A stretch of 60,169 bases of DNA from a bacterium (GTDB lineage: Bacteria > Chlamydiota > Chlamydiia > Chlamydiales > SM23-39): positions 1 to 60,169 of the forward strand of contig JAJZPH010000006.1 in the NCBI GenBank assembly GCA_021811265.1, written 5' to 3'. Positions 26,723-37,023 of the stretch are shown here, piece by piece (position 1 is the stretch's first letter; each line of letters begins with the position of its first letter). Made by a program: the position numbers and the translations under genes. The notes under the pieces were generated by a model, which saw nothing but the letters and a program-made list of their open reading frames with translations, had not been told where the DNA came from and did not search any database.

Positions 26723-27846
26723 GTCAGAATAAGCTTAGCTGCATTGCGCAAAGAGTTTTCTTCTGCCAAATGATGCCGCAGGGCGCGGCATTGTTCTTTT
26801 TTTGTTTCGAGAATCTCTGGTTTTTGCAAAAACTCTCGTATAAGGCGGAACAGATTTTTTTGAGTTAGATTAGGTCCGTAGAGCTCGGGAAAAATCTCTT
26901 GTTTCATGAGGATATTCACGATGCAGTAATGGGGAAGGTTGATGCGTAAAAGGTAGCGTACGAGAAAGAGATCGAGGGGTTTGATTGCATAGATCACAAT
27001 GGTAGGAATTTCATGCAAAGCAAGCTCTAATGTGATTGTTCCCGATTTTGCAATGGCAAAAAGAGTTTCTTCTATCAGCTTTTCTTGTGTTTCCGGTGTT
27101 GAAAAAATCAGATGTTCTTGCATCTCTTCTTTGAGATCCTGTGCGAGTGAAAAAATGAGGGGTGCATATTTGGGATGAGCAACGGAAATGTAAAAAGAAA
27201 GAGAGGGGTCTATATGAAAAAGATGGCGGATGGCATCGATCTGGAAGGGCAGATTTCTCACGATCTCTTTTTTGCGACTTCCAGGGAAAATACCGATGGC
27301 TTTCTTAAGGGATGGGTTTTGGCGAATGGGCGGTGGGATTTTTTTTTCTAAAGGGTGTCCCACATACTCCACGCGCAAAGAGCTTTTGGGGAACAGCTCT
27401 TTTTCAAAGGGAAAAAGAGTGAGGAGCAGGTTGACATTTTTTTCCAAAAGAGAAATGCGTTTTTTCCCCCAGGCCCACACAGTGGGCGCAATGGCATGCA
27501 CGATGGTTCCAGAAAAGCCTTTTTTTCGTAAACTTTTCTCTAAGCGAAGAGTAAAGCCTGGATAATCGATGAAGAGGGCGATCTGTGGATTTATTTTTAA
27601 AATTTCTCTTCGTAAAAAAAAGAACTTCTTCAAAAGAGAGGGAAGAGAAAACAAAACGTCGAAAAAGCCAATCACCTGAAAATCTTCCATAGGAAGAAGT
27701 ATAGAGACACCCACTTCTCGCATCCTGGGGCCCGCCACGCCAAAAAAGCGAAGAGAGGGATTTTCTTTTTTCAGTTCAAAGAGGAGCTCTTTTCCATAAA
27801 GATCGCCACTTGCTTCTCCTGCAAAGACAAAAAGATCCGAATTCAT
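26707..27846 (-). CDS. lpxB: Lipid-A-disaccharide synthase
   Basis: AGEASGD, IDYPGF, PTVWAW, FPFE, VGHPL, PGSRKKEI, SGTITLE. Confidence 0.95.
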   Translation of the reverse strand: MNSDLFVFAGEASGDLYGKELLFELKKENPSLRFFGVAGPRMREVGVSILLPMEDFQVIGFFDVLFSLPSLLKKFFFLRREILKINPQIALFIDYPGFTLRLEKSLRKKGFSGTIVHAIAPTVWAWGKKRISLLEKNVNLLLTLFPFEKELFPKSSLRVEYVGHPLEKKIPPPIRQNPSLKKAIGIFPGSRKKEIVRNLPFQIDAIRHLFHIDPSLSFYISVAHPKYAPLIFSLAQDLKEEMQEHLIFSTPETQEKLIEETLFAIAKSGTITLELALHEIPTIVIYAIKPLDLFLVRYLLRINLPHYCIVNILMKQEIFPELYGPNLTQKNLFRLIREFLQKPEILETKKEQCRALRHHLAEENSLRNAAKLILTYFKK

Positions 27847-27895
27847 GCTATCTCCAGGGCGATGGGATCGATTGAGTGTTCAACTAACTTCAGGT

Positions 27896-29110
27896 TCATC
27901 GTTTTTTGGGACGCAACTCTTGAGTATGGTGTTTGTGAAATTTAATGAGATGGTCGTTCCAGAGGGTGTAGGTGGGCAAAAGATGCTCATCGAGAGAACA
28001 GCGGATCTCGAAAAATTGGAGGGCAGAGGAAAACTCGGGATCGGAAGGAATGCGGATTTTTCTGTTTTTGGCACTAAGAGGAGGGGTGAGACGAAACTGA
28101 TGGGTCAGAATCGAGGTAAGAGCTCCGCTCATATTGCGTGAAAGCTGAAAAAAGGGAGAAAAAAAGTCTTGGATCTGCTCTCGCGTTTTTTCTGCAATGT
28201 GCCCCAAATGAATTTTTGGATTTTTTTTCGCCATTTGCTGCACGCTTCTATCCAAAGAAGGAAAGAGGAGACAAGCAAGAAGTAGGGCTCTATTGGGAAG
28301 CTGGGGGAAATGTTTGCTCGTTAGAATGTCGGATGCATGGAGATAATCAGTCGTAGTTTTTTCATTTTTTAAAGCTAAAGAAAATTTGGGCCACAAGAGA
28401 GGTAAAACTCCATACTCTTCTAAAAGGTGAAAAAAACTTTTTGCATGGCCCGATTCTAGCATGCGCAACAGCTCTTCGAAAATTCTTGGTGCAGAGCTTT
28501 TTTTGATTTCTGCTTTACACTCGATTAAGGCTGTGAGTGTTTCTTCATCTATTTCGAAGCCAAAACGTGCACGAAACTTGAGTAGACGAATCATGCGTAC
28601 GGGATCTTGGATGAAGCGCAGGCGGGGATTACCGATAGTGCGGAGCATCTTCTTTTTTGCATCGCCAAAACCATCCACATAATCAATGATGTTTTGCGTC
28701 TGAGGGTCGTAAAAAAGCCCGTTGATGGTAAAATCTCTTCTTAAAGCATCTTCTTCTGCAGAACCCCAAATGTTATCTCTGAGAACAAGTGCATTGGAGG
28801 CAATATCACCTGCACGGAAGGTGGAAACCTCTAAAATTTTTTTTCCAAAACGTACGTGGGCAAGTCGAAATCTTTTGCCGATCAGGATGCAGTTGCCGCG
28901 AAAAAGCCGTTTGATCTCTTCGGGCTGTGCCGCGGTGGAGATGTCAAAATCTTTCGGCCGAGCACTGAGCAGAAGGTCGCGCACGCTTCCTCCTACAAGA
29001 TAGGCTAAAAAGCCCGCAGATCGTAGCTTTTCGATCACGTAGAAGGCATGAGGGTCGATCTTTTCCGGCGGAATTTGATGCTCTCGATATGTGTAAATCG
29101 TCGGTTGCAC
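27896..29110 (-). CDS. pcnB: Poly(A) polymerase
   Basis: LVGGSVRDLLL, PKDFDIST, IGKRFRLAHV, RRDFTINGL, DPVRMIR; start uncertain (29110 GTG or 29179). Confidence 0.93.
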   Translation of the reverse strand: MQPTIYTYREHQIPPEKIDPHAFYVIEKLRSAGFLAYLVGGSVRDLLLSARPKDFDISTAAQPEEIKRLFRGNCILIGKRFRLAHVRFGKKILEVSTFRAGDIASNALVLRDNIWGSAEEDALRRDFTINGLFYDPQTQNIIDYVDGFGDAKKKMLRTIGNPRLRFIQDPVRMIRLLKFRARFGFEIDEETLTALIECKAEIKKSSAPRIFEELLRMLESGHAKSFFHLLEEYGVLPLLWPKFSLALKNEKTTTDYLHASDILTSKHFPQLPNRALLLACLLFPSLDRSVQQMAKKNPKIHLGHIAEKTREQIQDFFSPFFQLSRNMSGALTSILTHQFRLTPPLSAKNRKIRIPSDPEFSSALQFFEIRCSLDEHLLPTYTLWNDHLIKFHKHHTQELRPKKR

Positions 29111-29277
29111 AATGGAACAACTGTTTCGGGTTTGCAAAGTTTTTTTTCTAAAAAAGAGATCAAGCCAAGTATAGATCAAGGGGAATTTTTTCTCTCGGAC
29201 TTTTCGCTTTTTTTTTATAATAGCTGTGGCAGAAAAAAAGGATTTGCTAATTTAATCCAAGTGGCCGGAGGTGGACA

Positions 29278-29880
29278 ATGGCTAAACTTTATTTTCGTTA
29301 CGGGACTGTGGGAAGTGCAAAAACGTTGAATTTGCTTGCAGTCTGTCATAATTATCGAAGCCAAGGAAAAGAAGTTTTTTTGGTCAAGCCCGAACTAGAC
29401 GTTCGTTTTGGAAGGGAAAAGGTGCGTTCGCGTGCAGGGCTTGAGATGAATGCCGATCTTTTGGTGTGCAAAGAAACGATCATTCCAAGAGAGAAACTAC
29501 AAGGAATCAGTTGCATTTTGGTCGATGAAGCGCAGTTTGTCTCTAAAGAAATTATTGATCAGCTGAGGGCCATTTCTTTGGAAATGGATATCCCCGTAAT
29601 ATGCTATGGTTTGCGCACTGATTTCAAAACCTATCTTTTTGAAGGTTCGCGGCGTCTTTTGGAACTTGCAGACTCGATTGAAGAGGTGAAATCGACCTGC
29701 TATTTTTGTAATAAGAAGTCCATATTCAATTTGAAACATGTCAATGGGGTTGCAACAAGAGAAGGTCCCAGCATTCAGCTCGGAGCCGAAGAACTCTATT
29801 TTCCCGTCTGTAATCGCTGCTATGTAGAAGCGTTCGAAAAGGCTAAAGAGAAACAGGGGCTCTCTGCATGCGCGCACTAA
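29278..29880 (+). CDS. tdk: Thymidine kinase
   Basis: LYFRYG..GSAKT, LVDEAQF, CYGLRTDF, FEGS, zinc-binding Cys pairs. Confidence 0.95.
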   Translation: MAKLYFRYGTVGSAKTLNLLAVCHNYRSQGKEVFLVKPELDVRFGREKVRSRAGLEMNADLLVCKETIIPREKLQGISCILVDEAQFVSKEIIDQLRAISLEMDIPVICYGLRTDFKTYLFEGSRRLLELADSIEEVKSTCYFCNKKSIFNLKHVNGVATREGPSIQLGAEELYFPVCNRCYVEAFEKAKEKQGLSACAH

Positions 29881-30356
29881 TTTTTTGATAAAGAGAGTAA
29901 GAGATTGTAGTTTTTTTCTAAAAAATCTTCTCGCCAATAGTAGTGGTCGAGAAGATTTTTATTTTCCAGATGTAGGGTTTGGTAGGCCAAGAAAAGCGCT
30001 TCGATCGAAGCCAGTCCAGAGGTAGGGTCGGGACAATGGGTCTGTTTGCGAGGGTATGCGCTCTTTGCCTCCTTTGGCAGTGAGCGAAGGGGGATGTTTT
30101 GTTCTGATAGCAGCCTTTTTTCCATGACGCTTGCATAGTGCCAGGTGGCGTCGATGAGGCAAATTCCCTTGCCTTTGTCTTCTTCTGTCAGAGGATCTGC
30201 TTGCATGGAGAGCAGAAAGTAAGAGGAGAGATCTATGAAGGAGTCTTTTGGATAGGTCAAAAAGATAAAGTTAGGATTTGTTTCGAAAGGGGTGAGGGAA
30301 CATTTGTTTCGGTTTTCTTTTCGATGGCGCAAGATTACAGTAGGCAGTTGCTTCAT
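29877..30356 (-). CDS. Tsr3/DTW-like (aminocarboxypropyltransferase-like) protein
   Basis: H..E...KCS, IDATW, RSLP, GLASIEAL, Y.W...FL..N. Confidence 0.7.
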   Translation of the reverse strand: MKQLPTVILRHRKENRNKCSLTPFETNPNFIFLTYPKDSFIDLSSYFLLSMQADPLTEEDKGKGICLIDATWHYASVMEKRLLSEQNIPLRSLPKEAKSAYPRKQTHCPDPTSGLASIEALFLAYQTLHLENKNLLDHYYWREDFLEKNYNLLLSLSKN

Positions 30357-30424
30357 TGCTTTAAAAAAAATGCTGAAGAAGATAAACAGAAGATTGCTCT
30401 TTCATGAAAGATATAGGGCCCGTA

Positions 30425-31453
30425 ATGAAAAAAACCATCCCAATAATTGTAATTCTTTTTGTTCTTTTTCTTCAATGGAAAGCTGCGACATTTTTGCATC
30501 TGGTTCCTGTGGCAGATTCCTTAAGAGAGCAAGAGGTGGCGATTTGCTGGCAGACGCATTTGGATAGCGCTGTGAAAGAGGCGGCTGAGAAGAAAAAGCC
30601 CCTTTTTCTCATTTTTGAGAAAAAAGATGCTCCCTGGTGCGTGAAAATGCAGAAAGAAATTTTAGAAGACCGCGGGTTTATTCAAGAGATGAAAGATTGC
30701 TGTGTGTTTGCACGTTTGGATGCTGATCTAGCGGAAAACGAAACCGCTTTGTTTGGCATTCAACAGCTTCCCACCGTTGTTTTTTTAGACCTGCAAAAAA
30801 AGAGCGCTTCTCACATCAGCTACCTTCCTTTTACAGGCAAGAAATATGCAGAAGAGTTGAAGAAGATCATTGCTCTGGATGTGGCGTATCTAGAGAATGA
30901 AAAAGGGGCGTTTCTTGAAGGAAAATTGGAAAAGGGTAGTCAAAATCCGCTGCCTCTCTTTTATGCGGGACGTTTTTTTTCCTCTCTATTGATCCACTAC
31001 GCAGAACTATTGGAAGAGAATGAACATGAATCTTCGCATGTATTGGAAAAAAGAAGAGAGATTGAAAGCCTAGATCCCCATAATCACTTGGGCCTACATT
31101 TGCACCTGGCTTTGCTGGAATTTTATTCAGCATCCAAGAGATCTACTTCTGAAAGGGCCATTGGGCCTCTCGTTCGCTACATTGAGCATTTTGGGAAGAA
31201 GAAAAAAGAGGACCTTTGGCTTTTGCAGATGACGATTGCACAATATCTTTTTCAGAAAAAAGAAAGGGAAAAAGCGCTTGATTTCGCAAGGAATGCCTAT
31301 GCAAACGCTCCCATTGCTGTCAAAACGGAGTTGGCACGATCGATTCACTATATCAAATTCCAGAAAGATCCACTTTCTACTCCAGAGCTTTCCAAGAGAC
31401 ACAGTGCAGAAGATCCTTTGGAATGTCCAAAAGAAAGCGCGAAGGGTGAGTAG
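30425..31453 (+). CDS. Exported thioredoxin-fold protein with helical/TPR-like C-terminus
   Basis: Signal-like N-terminus; KKKPLFLIF....PWCVKM (single Cys), FGIQQLPTVVFL. Confidence 0.7.
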   Translation: MKKTIPIIVILFVLFLQWKAATFLHLVPVADSLREQEVAICWQTHLDSAVKEAAEKKKPLFLIFEKKDAPWCVKMQKEILEDRGFIQEMKDCCVFARLDADLAENETALFGIQQLPTVVFLDLQKKSASHISYLPFTGKKYAEELKKIIALDVAYLENEKGAFLEGKLEKGSQNPLPLFYAGRFFSSLLIHYAELLEENEHESSHVLEKRREIESLDPHNHLGLHLHLALLEFYSASKRSTSERAIGPLVRYIEHFGKKKKEDLWLLQMTIAQYLFQKKEREKALDFARNAYANAPIAVKTELARSIHYIKFQKDPLSTPELSKRHSAEDPLECPKESAKGE

Positions 31454-33371
31454 GGATCTGTTTTTCTCCTCGTCTTCGAGAGCGCGCCATGCTGAGTGTT
31501 AAAAATTGCATGGCCCTTGTCAAAGCGACGTAGAAAAGACGCCTCTCCTCTTCCAGTCCCTTTTCTTTCATGCTTTTTTCATGAGGAAGGATAAGGTCTT
31601 CGAGACCCACTAAAAAGCAGGCGCGAAACTCGAGCCCCTTGGCGCCGTGAAAAGTCATGAGCTGGATGGCATCTTCTCTTTTTTTGCCCTTTTCAGAAGA
31701 GTTTGCATGCTGGTCTAAACTGAGAGTTGCGATGAAGTCTTCAAGAGAGGCTCCTTTGTTTTCTTCTTCGAAAGATCCAAGCGCATTGATGCACTCCTGC
31801 ACGTTTTCCCACTTCCAAAGCCTAGCCTCTGGACTTTTGACCTCTTCTTCGATGGCTTTTTGATAATGGATGGCCTCGACAAACCATTCGAGTGCATGTG
31901 CAAGAGAGCCTTTGGAAAAACGCCTTTCTGCTTCCATCATAGTATCTACAAAAGAATAGATCCCCGATTGCGTTCTTGGCAGCAAAGACAGTGTGCGCTC
32001 GCCCATCTTGATTTTTTTCAAGAGGGGCCAAAGAGCGATCTTTTCTTCTTTTGAGATACGGTGCAACTGTTCGAGTGTTTGGTCCGAGATGCCTCTTCTG
32101 GGGACATTGAGTATGCGCAAAAGAGCTTCCTGATCGAGGGGATTGACAATCTGGCGCAGATAGGCGAGAAGATCTTTTACTTCGCTTCTTTGGGTAAACT
32201 CTACGCCTCCCCAAATCTCATAAGGGATGCCGCGCATCCATGTGCCTTCATTGTTCCAATTCTGCTGCATGAGGGCAATTTCCAAATTTCTGGATTGGGC
32301 ATGCGAACGATAGAGAATGGCGATCTGATTCCATGCCAGATGATGGTGTTCTTTTAACGAAAGAATTCGTTGCACCACGCTTTCGGCCTCGTCGATTTCC
32401 GTGGGTGCGTGGAAGAGAATAATTTTTTCTCCTCTTGTCTGTGCGCTCCATAGATTTTTTTTATGTCGGTGTTCATTTTTCGCAATCACTTCGTTGGCAG
32501 CATCTAAAATCGTAGGGGTAGAGCGGTAATTTTGCTCGAGCTTGATGACTTTATCTGCACGAAAATGGAGGATGTGGTCTACCTCGGCCCCTCTCCATCC
32601 ATAGATCGATTGGTCATCATCCCCAACGACAAAGAGGCGTTTGTGATGGGAAGCTAAGAGTTCTGCGATGCGGAATTGAACTGCATTGGTGTCCTGATAC
32701 TCGTCGATGAGGATGTGCTCCAGGCGCTGGCTTAAGGAAGCGCAAACTTCTGGATGCTCTTCGAAGAGGCGCTGTGTCAACAAAAGGATGTGGTCAAAGT
32801 CTACGGCGTTGTAGGCGCGAAGAGATTGGGCGAGCTGCTGGTAGATTTTGCGAAAAAAAAGATCTTCTTCACTACTTCCAATCGATGGAAGCTCGTTTTC
32901 GCTCAAGCCTCGACTTTTTGCGGTAAAAATAGCCGTAGTAATTTTACCTAAAGAGAGGTCTTCGGGAGCTGAAAGTTCTTTGGCGCATCTACGGATTAAA
33001 CGTCCTAAGTCGTTCTCGTCGTAGAGGCTAAAACGGGGAGAATAACCCAGATGGTGAATTTCTTTGCGCAGCACTTTCATGCAAAAGCTGTGAAAGGTGG
33101 AGAGCGTAATCTCTTTGCTTTTTTCTTTTCCTACCATGGAAGAAATGCGCTCTTGCATTTCTCTGGCTGCTTTGTTGGTGAAGGTTAGTCCCAGAATAGA
33201 TGCAGGAGAGACTCCTTCTTGGATGAGATGTGCGATGCGATGGACAATCACACGTGTTTTTCCGCTTCCCGCTCCTGCAAGGACGAGAATGCGGTTTTCT
33301 TTTGCTACCACGGCAGAAAGCTGTTCTGGATTTAGCCCCAGTTTCTTTGAGGATATAACATTAGGAGGCAT
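31377..33371 (-). CDS. uvrD: UvrD/Rep/PcrA family helicase
   Basis: LAGAGSGKT, TFTNKAAREM, IDEYQDTN, VGDDDQSIYGWRGA, LEQNYRS, HGAKGLEF, EERRLFYVALTRA. Confidence 0.93.
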   Translation of the reverse strand: MPPNVISSKKLGLNPEQLSAVVAKENRILVLAGAGSGKTRVIVHRIAHLIQEGVSPASILGLTFTNKAAREMQERISSMVGKEKSKEITLSTFHSFCMKVLRKEIHHLGYSPRFSLYDENDLGRLIRRCAKELSAPEDLSLGKITTAIFTAKSRGLSENELPSIGSSEEDLFFRKIYQQLAQSLRAYNAVDFDHILLLTQRLFEEHPEVCASLSQRLEHILIDEYQDTNAVQFRIAELLASHHKRLFVVGDDDQSIYGWRGAEVDHILHFRADKVIKLEQNYRSTPTILDAANEVIAKNEHRHKKNLWSAQTRGEKIILFHAPTEIDEAESVVQRILSLKEHHHLAWNQIAILYRSHAQSRNLEIALMQQNWNNEGTWMRGIPYEIWGGVEFTQRSEVKDLLAYLRQIVNPLDQEALLRILNVPRRGISDQTLEQLHRISKEEKIALWPLLKKIKMGERTLSLLPRTQSGIYSFVDTMMEAERRFSKGSLAHALEWFVEAIHYQKAIEEEVKSPEARLWKWENVQECINALGSFEEENKGASLEDFIATLSLDQHANSSEKGKKREDAIQLMTFHGAKGLEFRACFLVGLEDLILPHEKSMKEKGLEEERRLFYVALTRAMQFLTLSMARSRRRGEKQIPTHPSRFLLDIPKDLLHCVSWKALE

Positions 33372-33699
33372 GGCGCATGGAAGAGAGGAGTTCTTGTCGG
33401 ATATGGTCCATTTTTACTCTCCAAGAAGAGTGTTTGGGGCGAATGTGTATCTCTAATGAGGAGGGAAGATAGGAAATCGATGTGCGAAAAGCCTCTCGGA
33501 TCATCCGCTTGAATCGGCTTCTGATCGCTGCTTTTCCAAAGCGCCTCGAGACAGTCATGCCAAGTTTTGGCATGTCCGTGTTTCCAAAAAGAAGATGGGC
33601 CACGATATATTTGCCTTCAAAAATAGTGCCCTTTCTGAGAATGCGCTGAAACTGAGAGGATTGCACCAGTCTGCTTGCTTTCGAAAATCTGTTTTTCAC
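33361..33699 (-). CDS. rnpA: Ribonuclease P protein component
   Basis: RL....[19 protein letters not shown]; downstream of rpmH. Confidence 0.93.
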   Translation of the reverse strand: MKNRFSKASRLVQSSQFQRILRKGTIFEGKYIVAHLLFGNTDMPKLGMTVSRRFGKAAIRSRFKRMIREAFRTSISYLPSSLEIHIRPKHSSWRVKMDHIRQELLSSMRHAS

Positions 33700-33830
33700 A
33701 CGCAGAGTCTTTTTCTTTTTACTCTTCTTCGTCTCGATAAGACTTTTCGGCCATTGGGGCTTCTCATTTTGATGCGAAAACCAAGCGTTTTTTTACGCCG
33801 TCTCTTGCTAGGTTGATAGGTACGTTTCAT
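33696..33830 (-). CDS. rpmH: 50S ribosomal protein L34 (absent from the ORF track)
   Basis: Manual translation [44 protein letters not shown]. Confidence 0.95.
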   Translation of the reverse strand: MKRTYQPSKRRRKKTLGFRIKMRSPNGRKVLSRRRRVKRKRLCV

Positions 33831-33958
33831 GAAAGATCCGTTTTTAAAAAGATTTTTTCGACATTAGTAGCAAAAATATACCAAGAAGACCAAAGAACTG
33901 TCAAACAATAAAATTGCCTTCAGAAAGGCCGCAGCAATCCTTACGACAAAGCAATTTT

Positions 33959-34627
33959 CTACAGGTGCTTTAATAATTCAGTAAGTGCCGTTGCTGCTGT
34001 CTGTATTGCCTTTATTGCTAAAGGAGTCATTTTTGCTGCTTCTTGCATAGATGGGAGATTTTTATCTTCCATTGCTGCAAGCATTGCTCCTGATACTGTT
34101 AGTATTGCATCCGATGTTGCATCTAGTCCTTGTGTGAAGAGGAAATCGGTTTTTGCTATTCGTTCGGCTTTTTGCACATTTTGTTCTGCTTCTTTTGCTA
34201 GAACCTTTATTACTATTACTCGTTTTTGGCCTTTTTGTTCTACTTCTACTGATTGAACTGCTTGTATTAATGCGCATGCTGCTTCTTGTATGGTTTTTGT
34301 TGTATCTGCTGCAGCGCGGGTTGTAGCTGCTGCTGTAATTGGTGCTCTTGCTAGTTGTTGTTTTGCCAATTCCATTAACATCGCTGTCCCCTTTATTGCA
34401 GAAGCTTCTTCTTGAGCTGCTTGTTCTACCATTTTTACGGCATTTATTGGCAATTGTTTTGCTAGTCGTTGAGCTGCTGTTGCTAGTGCGATTGCTTTTC
34501 TGGCTGAGAATATTATTTCTTTAAGAGTTAGCTTCACCAGTTGAATTGAGATGTCTTCTTTATCAGCTGTAGCAAGACGTTGATGGGTTGGTTGAGATAA
34601 TGGCTTTGTGGTTGTTGAAAATGACAT
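33959..34627 (-). CDS. Ala/Thr/Gln/Lys-rich helical hypothetical protein
   Basis: 222 aa; AAGGAG RBS; strongly A-ending codons. Confidence 0.7.
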   Translation of the reverse strand: MSFSTTTKPLSQPTHQRLATADKEDISIQLVKLTLKEIIFSARKAIALATAAQRLAKQLPINAVKMVEQAAQEEASAIKGTAMLMELAKQQLARAPITAAATTRAAADTTKTIQEAACALIQAVQSVEVEQKGQKRVIVIKVLAKEAEQNVQKAERIAKTDFLFTQGLDATSDAILTVSGAMLAAMEDKNLPSMQEAAKMTPLAIKAIQTAATALTELLKHL

Positions 34628-34700
34628 TAAATCTTCTCCTTTATTATTTTTTTGTTTATCAGTTTAACATTAAATGTTATTTTATTCGATATGTTTTATT

Positions 34701-34904
34701 TATACTCAAAGAGCTTGGAAAATCAGTTTCTGGAGCGAAAGTCCTCGTGGTCGAAAGATAGTAATCTACCCATATTTTGTTAACACTGGGCAGCTTGCGA
34801 TCGTTGTGCATGCGCGAAAATTTGGATATCGTAAGTTATACAACGTTAACGACGTAGAGACAGCTTACGATGATTATTGAAAAGAAATCTCATTTTCCAG
34901 TATA
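34701..34904. mobile_element. Degenerate long family A element with two internal hairpin modules
   Basis: Left arm TATACTCAAAGAGCTTGGAAAATC; decayed GATCGTAA..TTACGAT-type modules; truncated right arm ATTTTCCA-GTATA. Confidence 0.65.
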
Positions 34905-34938
34905 AAGTCGTGTTTACATTTATACCTTAGGATAAAAA

Positions 34939-35076
34939 ATGAAAGTCAAATCTTCTGTAAAGGCCGACTTTTCCAAAGGCGATAAGATCGTCCGACGCAA
35001 AGGACGTGTTTACGTAATTAACAAAAAGGATCCCAACCGTAAGCAGAGACAAAAGGGACCTGGTCGAAAAAAGTGA
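34939..35076 (+). CDS. rpmJ: 50S ribosomal protein L36 (absent from the ORF track)
   Basis: Manual translation [45 protein letters not shown]. Confidence 0.95.
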   Translation: MKVKSSVKADFSKGDKIVRRKGRVYVINKKDPNRKQRQKGPGRKK

Positions 35077-35082
35077 GGAGCT

Positions 35083-35388
35083 ATGGCTAAAAAATCTTCC
35101 ATTGCAAGAGAAAAGAAACGCGCACTTATGTCGCAACTCAAGTGGGAAAAGAGGCAGGATCTTAAAAAAATCATTTTAGACATGAGCAAAAGCGACGAAG
35201 AGCGCATGAATGCTGTCTATCTGCTCAATAAGATGCCTAAAAACTCTTCTCCCGTAAGAAGAAGAAATCGATGCCTTATGACGGGAAGAAGCCGAGGATA
35301 TCTGCGCAAGTACAAACTTTCGCGCCTTTGCTTTAGAGAAATGGCTTCCCAAGGATTGATTCCAGGCGTTGTGAAAGCAAGCTGGTAG
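35083..35388 (+). CDS. rpsN: 30S ribosomal protein S14 (long form)
   Basis: [38 protein letters not shown]. Confidence 0.97.
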   Translation: MAKKSSIAREKKRALMSQLKWEKRQDLKKIILDMSKSDEERMNAVYLLNKMPKNSSPVRRRNRCLMTGRSRGYLRKYKLSRLCFREMASQGLIPGVVKASW

Positions 35389-35411
35389 GCATTTTTTTCA
35401 AACTACCCTGT

Positions 35412-35813
35412 TTAGCAGAGAAGTTCTTGTAGTTTTTTCCATTCCGCAAGGCTTTCGTTCCACACAAGGAAGGAAAGAGAAATAGTTCCATTTCGAATTT
35501 TTTCCTTTAATAGGTCATGGCTAATGGGACCGACCTGCTGGCTGTTTGCGTCTACGTAGTACCACACTTTTTCAGCATAGATAGATAGCGCATGCAAGGC
35601 AATGGGTTCATCTTTTTGCTTTTCTGGCCCTTGTTGTGCAAGGACCTTTTTTTGTTTGGACTGGTTCAAAATTTGCACTAAGAGAAAGGCGAGTCCAAAA
35701 ATTCCAAAGCAGAACCCAATGGCAAACCAGAGAAAAGGATTTTTTTGCTTTTTAAGAGCAAGATAAGAGCAGGATGCACCAAAAAGAGCAGAAGAAAGAA
35801 GTAATTGCAGCAT
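35412..35813 (-). CDS. Membrane protein with GYF_2/DUF4339-like domain
   Basis: 2 TM, then WYY....QVGP, LVWNESLAEWK. Confidence 0.8.
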   Translation of the reverse strand: MLQLLLSSALFGASCSYLALKKQKNPFLWFAIGFCFGIFGLAFLLVQILNQSKQKKVLAQQGPEKQKDEPIALHALSIYAEKVWYYVDANSQQVGPISHDLLKEKIRNGTISLSFLVWNESLAEWKKLQELLC

Positions 35814-35957
35814 ATAGACTTTTTTAAAGGTTCTTTTCCATCCATTTTAGAATGTAGAGATAGATTCGTGGAAGAAAAAAATCGGAGCTATTTCTCTACT
35901 TTTTTCTTTAGGAGTAATGTTTATCTTAAAAATACTTAAGCCCTATGCTCTGTTCTT

Positions 35958-35986
35958 TTGCAAAAAACGCAATTCCGCTATATACT
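35958..35986 (+). promoter_or_regulatory. Putative sigma66/70 promoter
   Basis: TTGCAA-17 bp-TATACT upstream of 36077. Confidence 0.5.
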
Positions 35987-36076
35987 AAAATCACTTAAAA
36001 ATTGGCTTCAAGTGTGCCGAAAGTGGGCCCCTTAGTTTGATTTTTAATAACTTTAGTTTGCAACAGGGAAATTTTT

Positions 36077-36544
36077 ATGATGCCCAAACTGCGCAAAGAT
36101 CCACTACAAGAGATGGACCAGCGGGAGCTAGAGCTTCCCGAAACTCTTTTTTCTAGGGATATTGAAAGCAGAGTTTTTCAATCGATTGTCCTACAATGCA
36201 TTGGGAAAATCGAGGGAGTTGCTCTTCTTGGAGGAACGCTGATAGACAACCTTCTGGGAAGAGAAGAGAGCATCAAGGGAATCTCGATTGAGCAGGATCT
36301 CAAACAGCATTCCGTTTCTATTGATGTCGAGGTAAATATTCTGTATGGAATGTCAATTCCCGAAAAGGCGGAAGAGATTCAAAATCGGATCGTAGAGGAA
36401 GTAAGCAGCTTGACAGGTTTGCATGTTTCTCGCGTCCATGTAATTTTTAGAGGATTGTTTCTGAACGGAGTGAATCAGATACCAGACACTGTAGAACCAG
36501 TGGAGGCAAAATCCGAATCCATCCCTTATGGCGATGGCTTTTAA
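36077..36544 (+). CDS. Asp23/Gls24 family protein
   Basis: IEGV, KGISIE, IDVEVNILYG.SIPE.A..IQ......LTGL.V..V.V. Confidence 0.85.
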   Translation: MMPKLRKDPLQEMDQRELELPETLFSRDIESRVFQSIVLQCIGKIEGVALLGGTLIDNLLGREESIKGISIEQDLKQHSVSIDVEVNILYGMSIPEKAEEIQNRIVEEVSSLTGLHVSRVHVIFRGLFLNGVNQIPDTVEPVEAKSESIPYGDGF

Positions 36545-37023
36545 TGAAAACGATTTCAAGTCTTTTTCACCTCTTCCTTGCTCTTTTCCTTTTGGCCATG
36601 GGGCTTCTCTTTTTTACCCTTCCTCTTTCGCAAAAACTCGCTTCCTTGTTTTTTTTACACCAGTCGCTCTTTTCGCTTTTAGGTCTGACCCTTCTTCTCT
36701 TTGGATTTTTTTTTCTCATGGGCGCTTCTTCGGCTTACTTTCATCCTTCTTTGACCCTAAAAGTAAGCTCTTATGAATTAAGCCTCAATTTAATCCAGGA
36801 ATCTCTCCAACGCTATTGTGAAAAACTGTTTCCACAGAAAAAAATGGAAATAGAGGTTTTTTTGAAAAGAAAACAGCGCTTGGAAATTGTGGTCCACCTA
36901 GAAATGCAACAGATACTTGCTGTCGAAGATCCTTTTCTTCAATCTCTCAAAAAGGAGATCAAGCAATATCTCTCTGGGCAGTTTGATTACCACCGCACTT
37001 TTTTTCTTACCATAGTTTCTTAA
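36544..37023 (+). CDS. Hypothetical membrane protein
   Basis: Two N-terminal TM helices; start overlaps stop of the Asp23 gene. Confidence 0.7.
   Translation: MKTISSLFHLFLALFLLAMGLLFFTLPLSQKLASLFFLHQSLFSLLGLTLLLFGFFFLMGASSAYFHPSLTLKVSSYELSLNLIQESLQRYCEKLFPQKKMEIEVFLKRKQRLEIVVHLEMQQILAVEDPFLQSLKKEIKQYLSGQFDYHRTFFLTIVS

Noticed and set aside
31377-31453. Convergent overlap of uvrD and the thioredoxin-fold gene
   Set aside because: Short 3' overlaps are common in this compact genome (also HAD/truA and ankyrin/lpxB)
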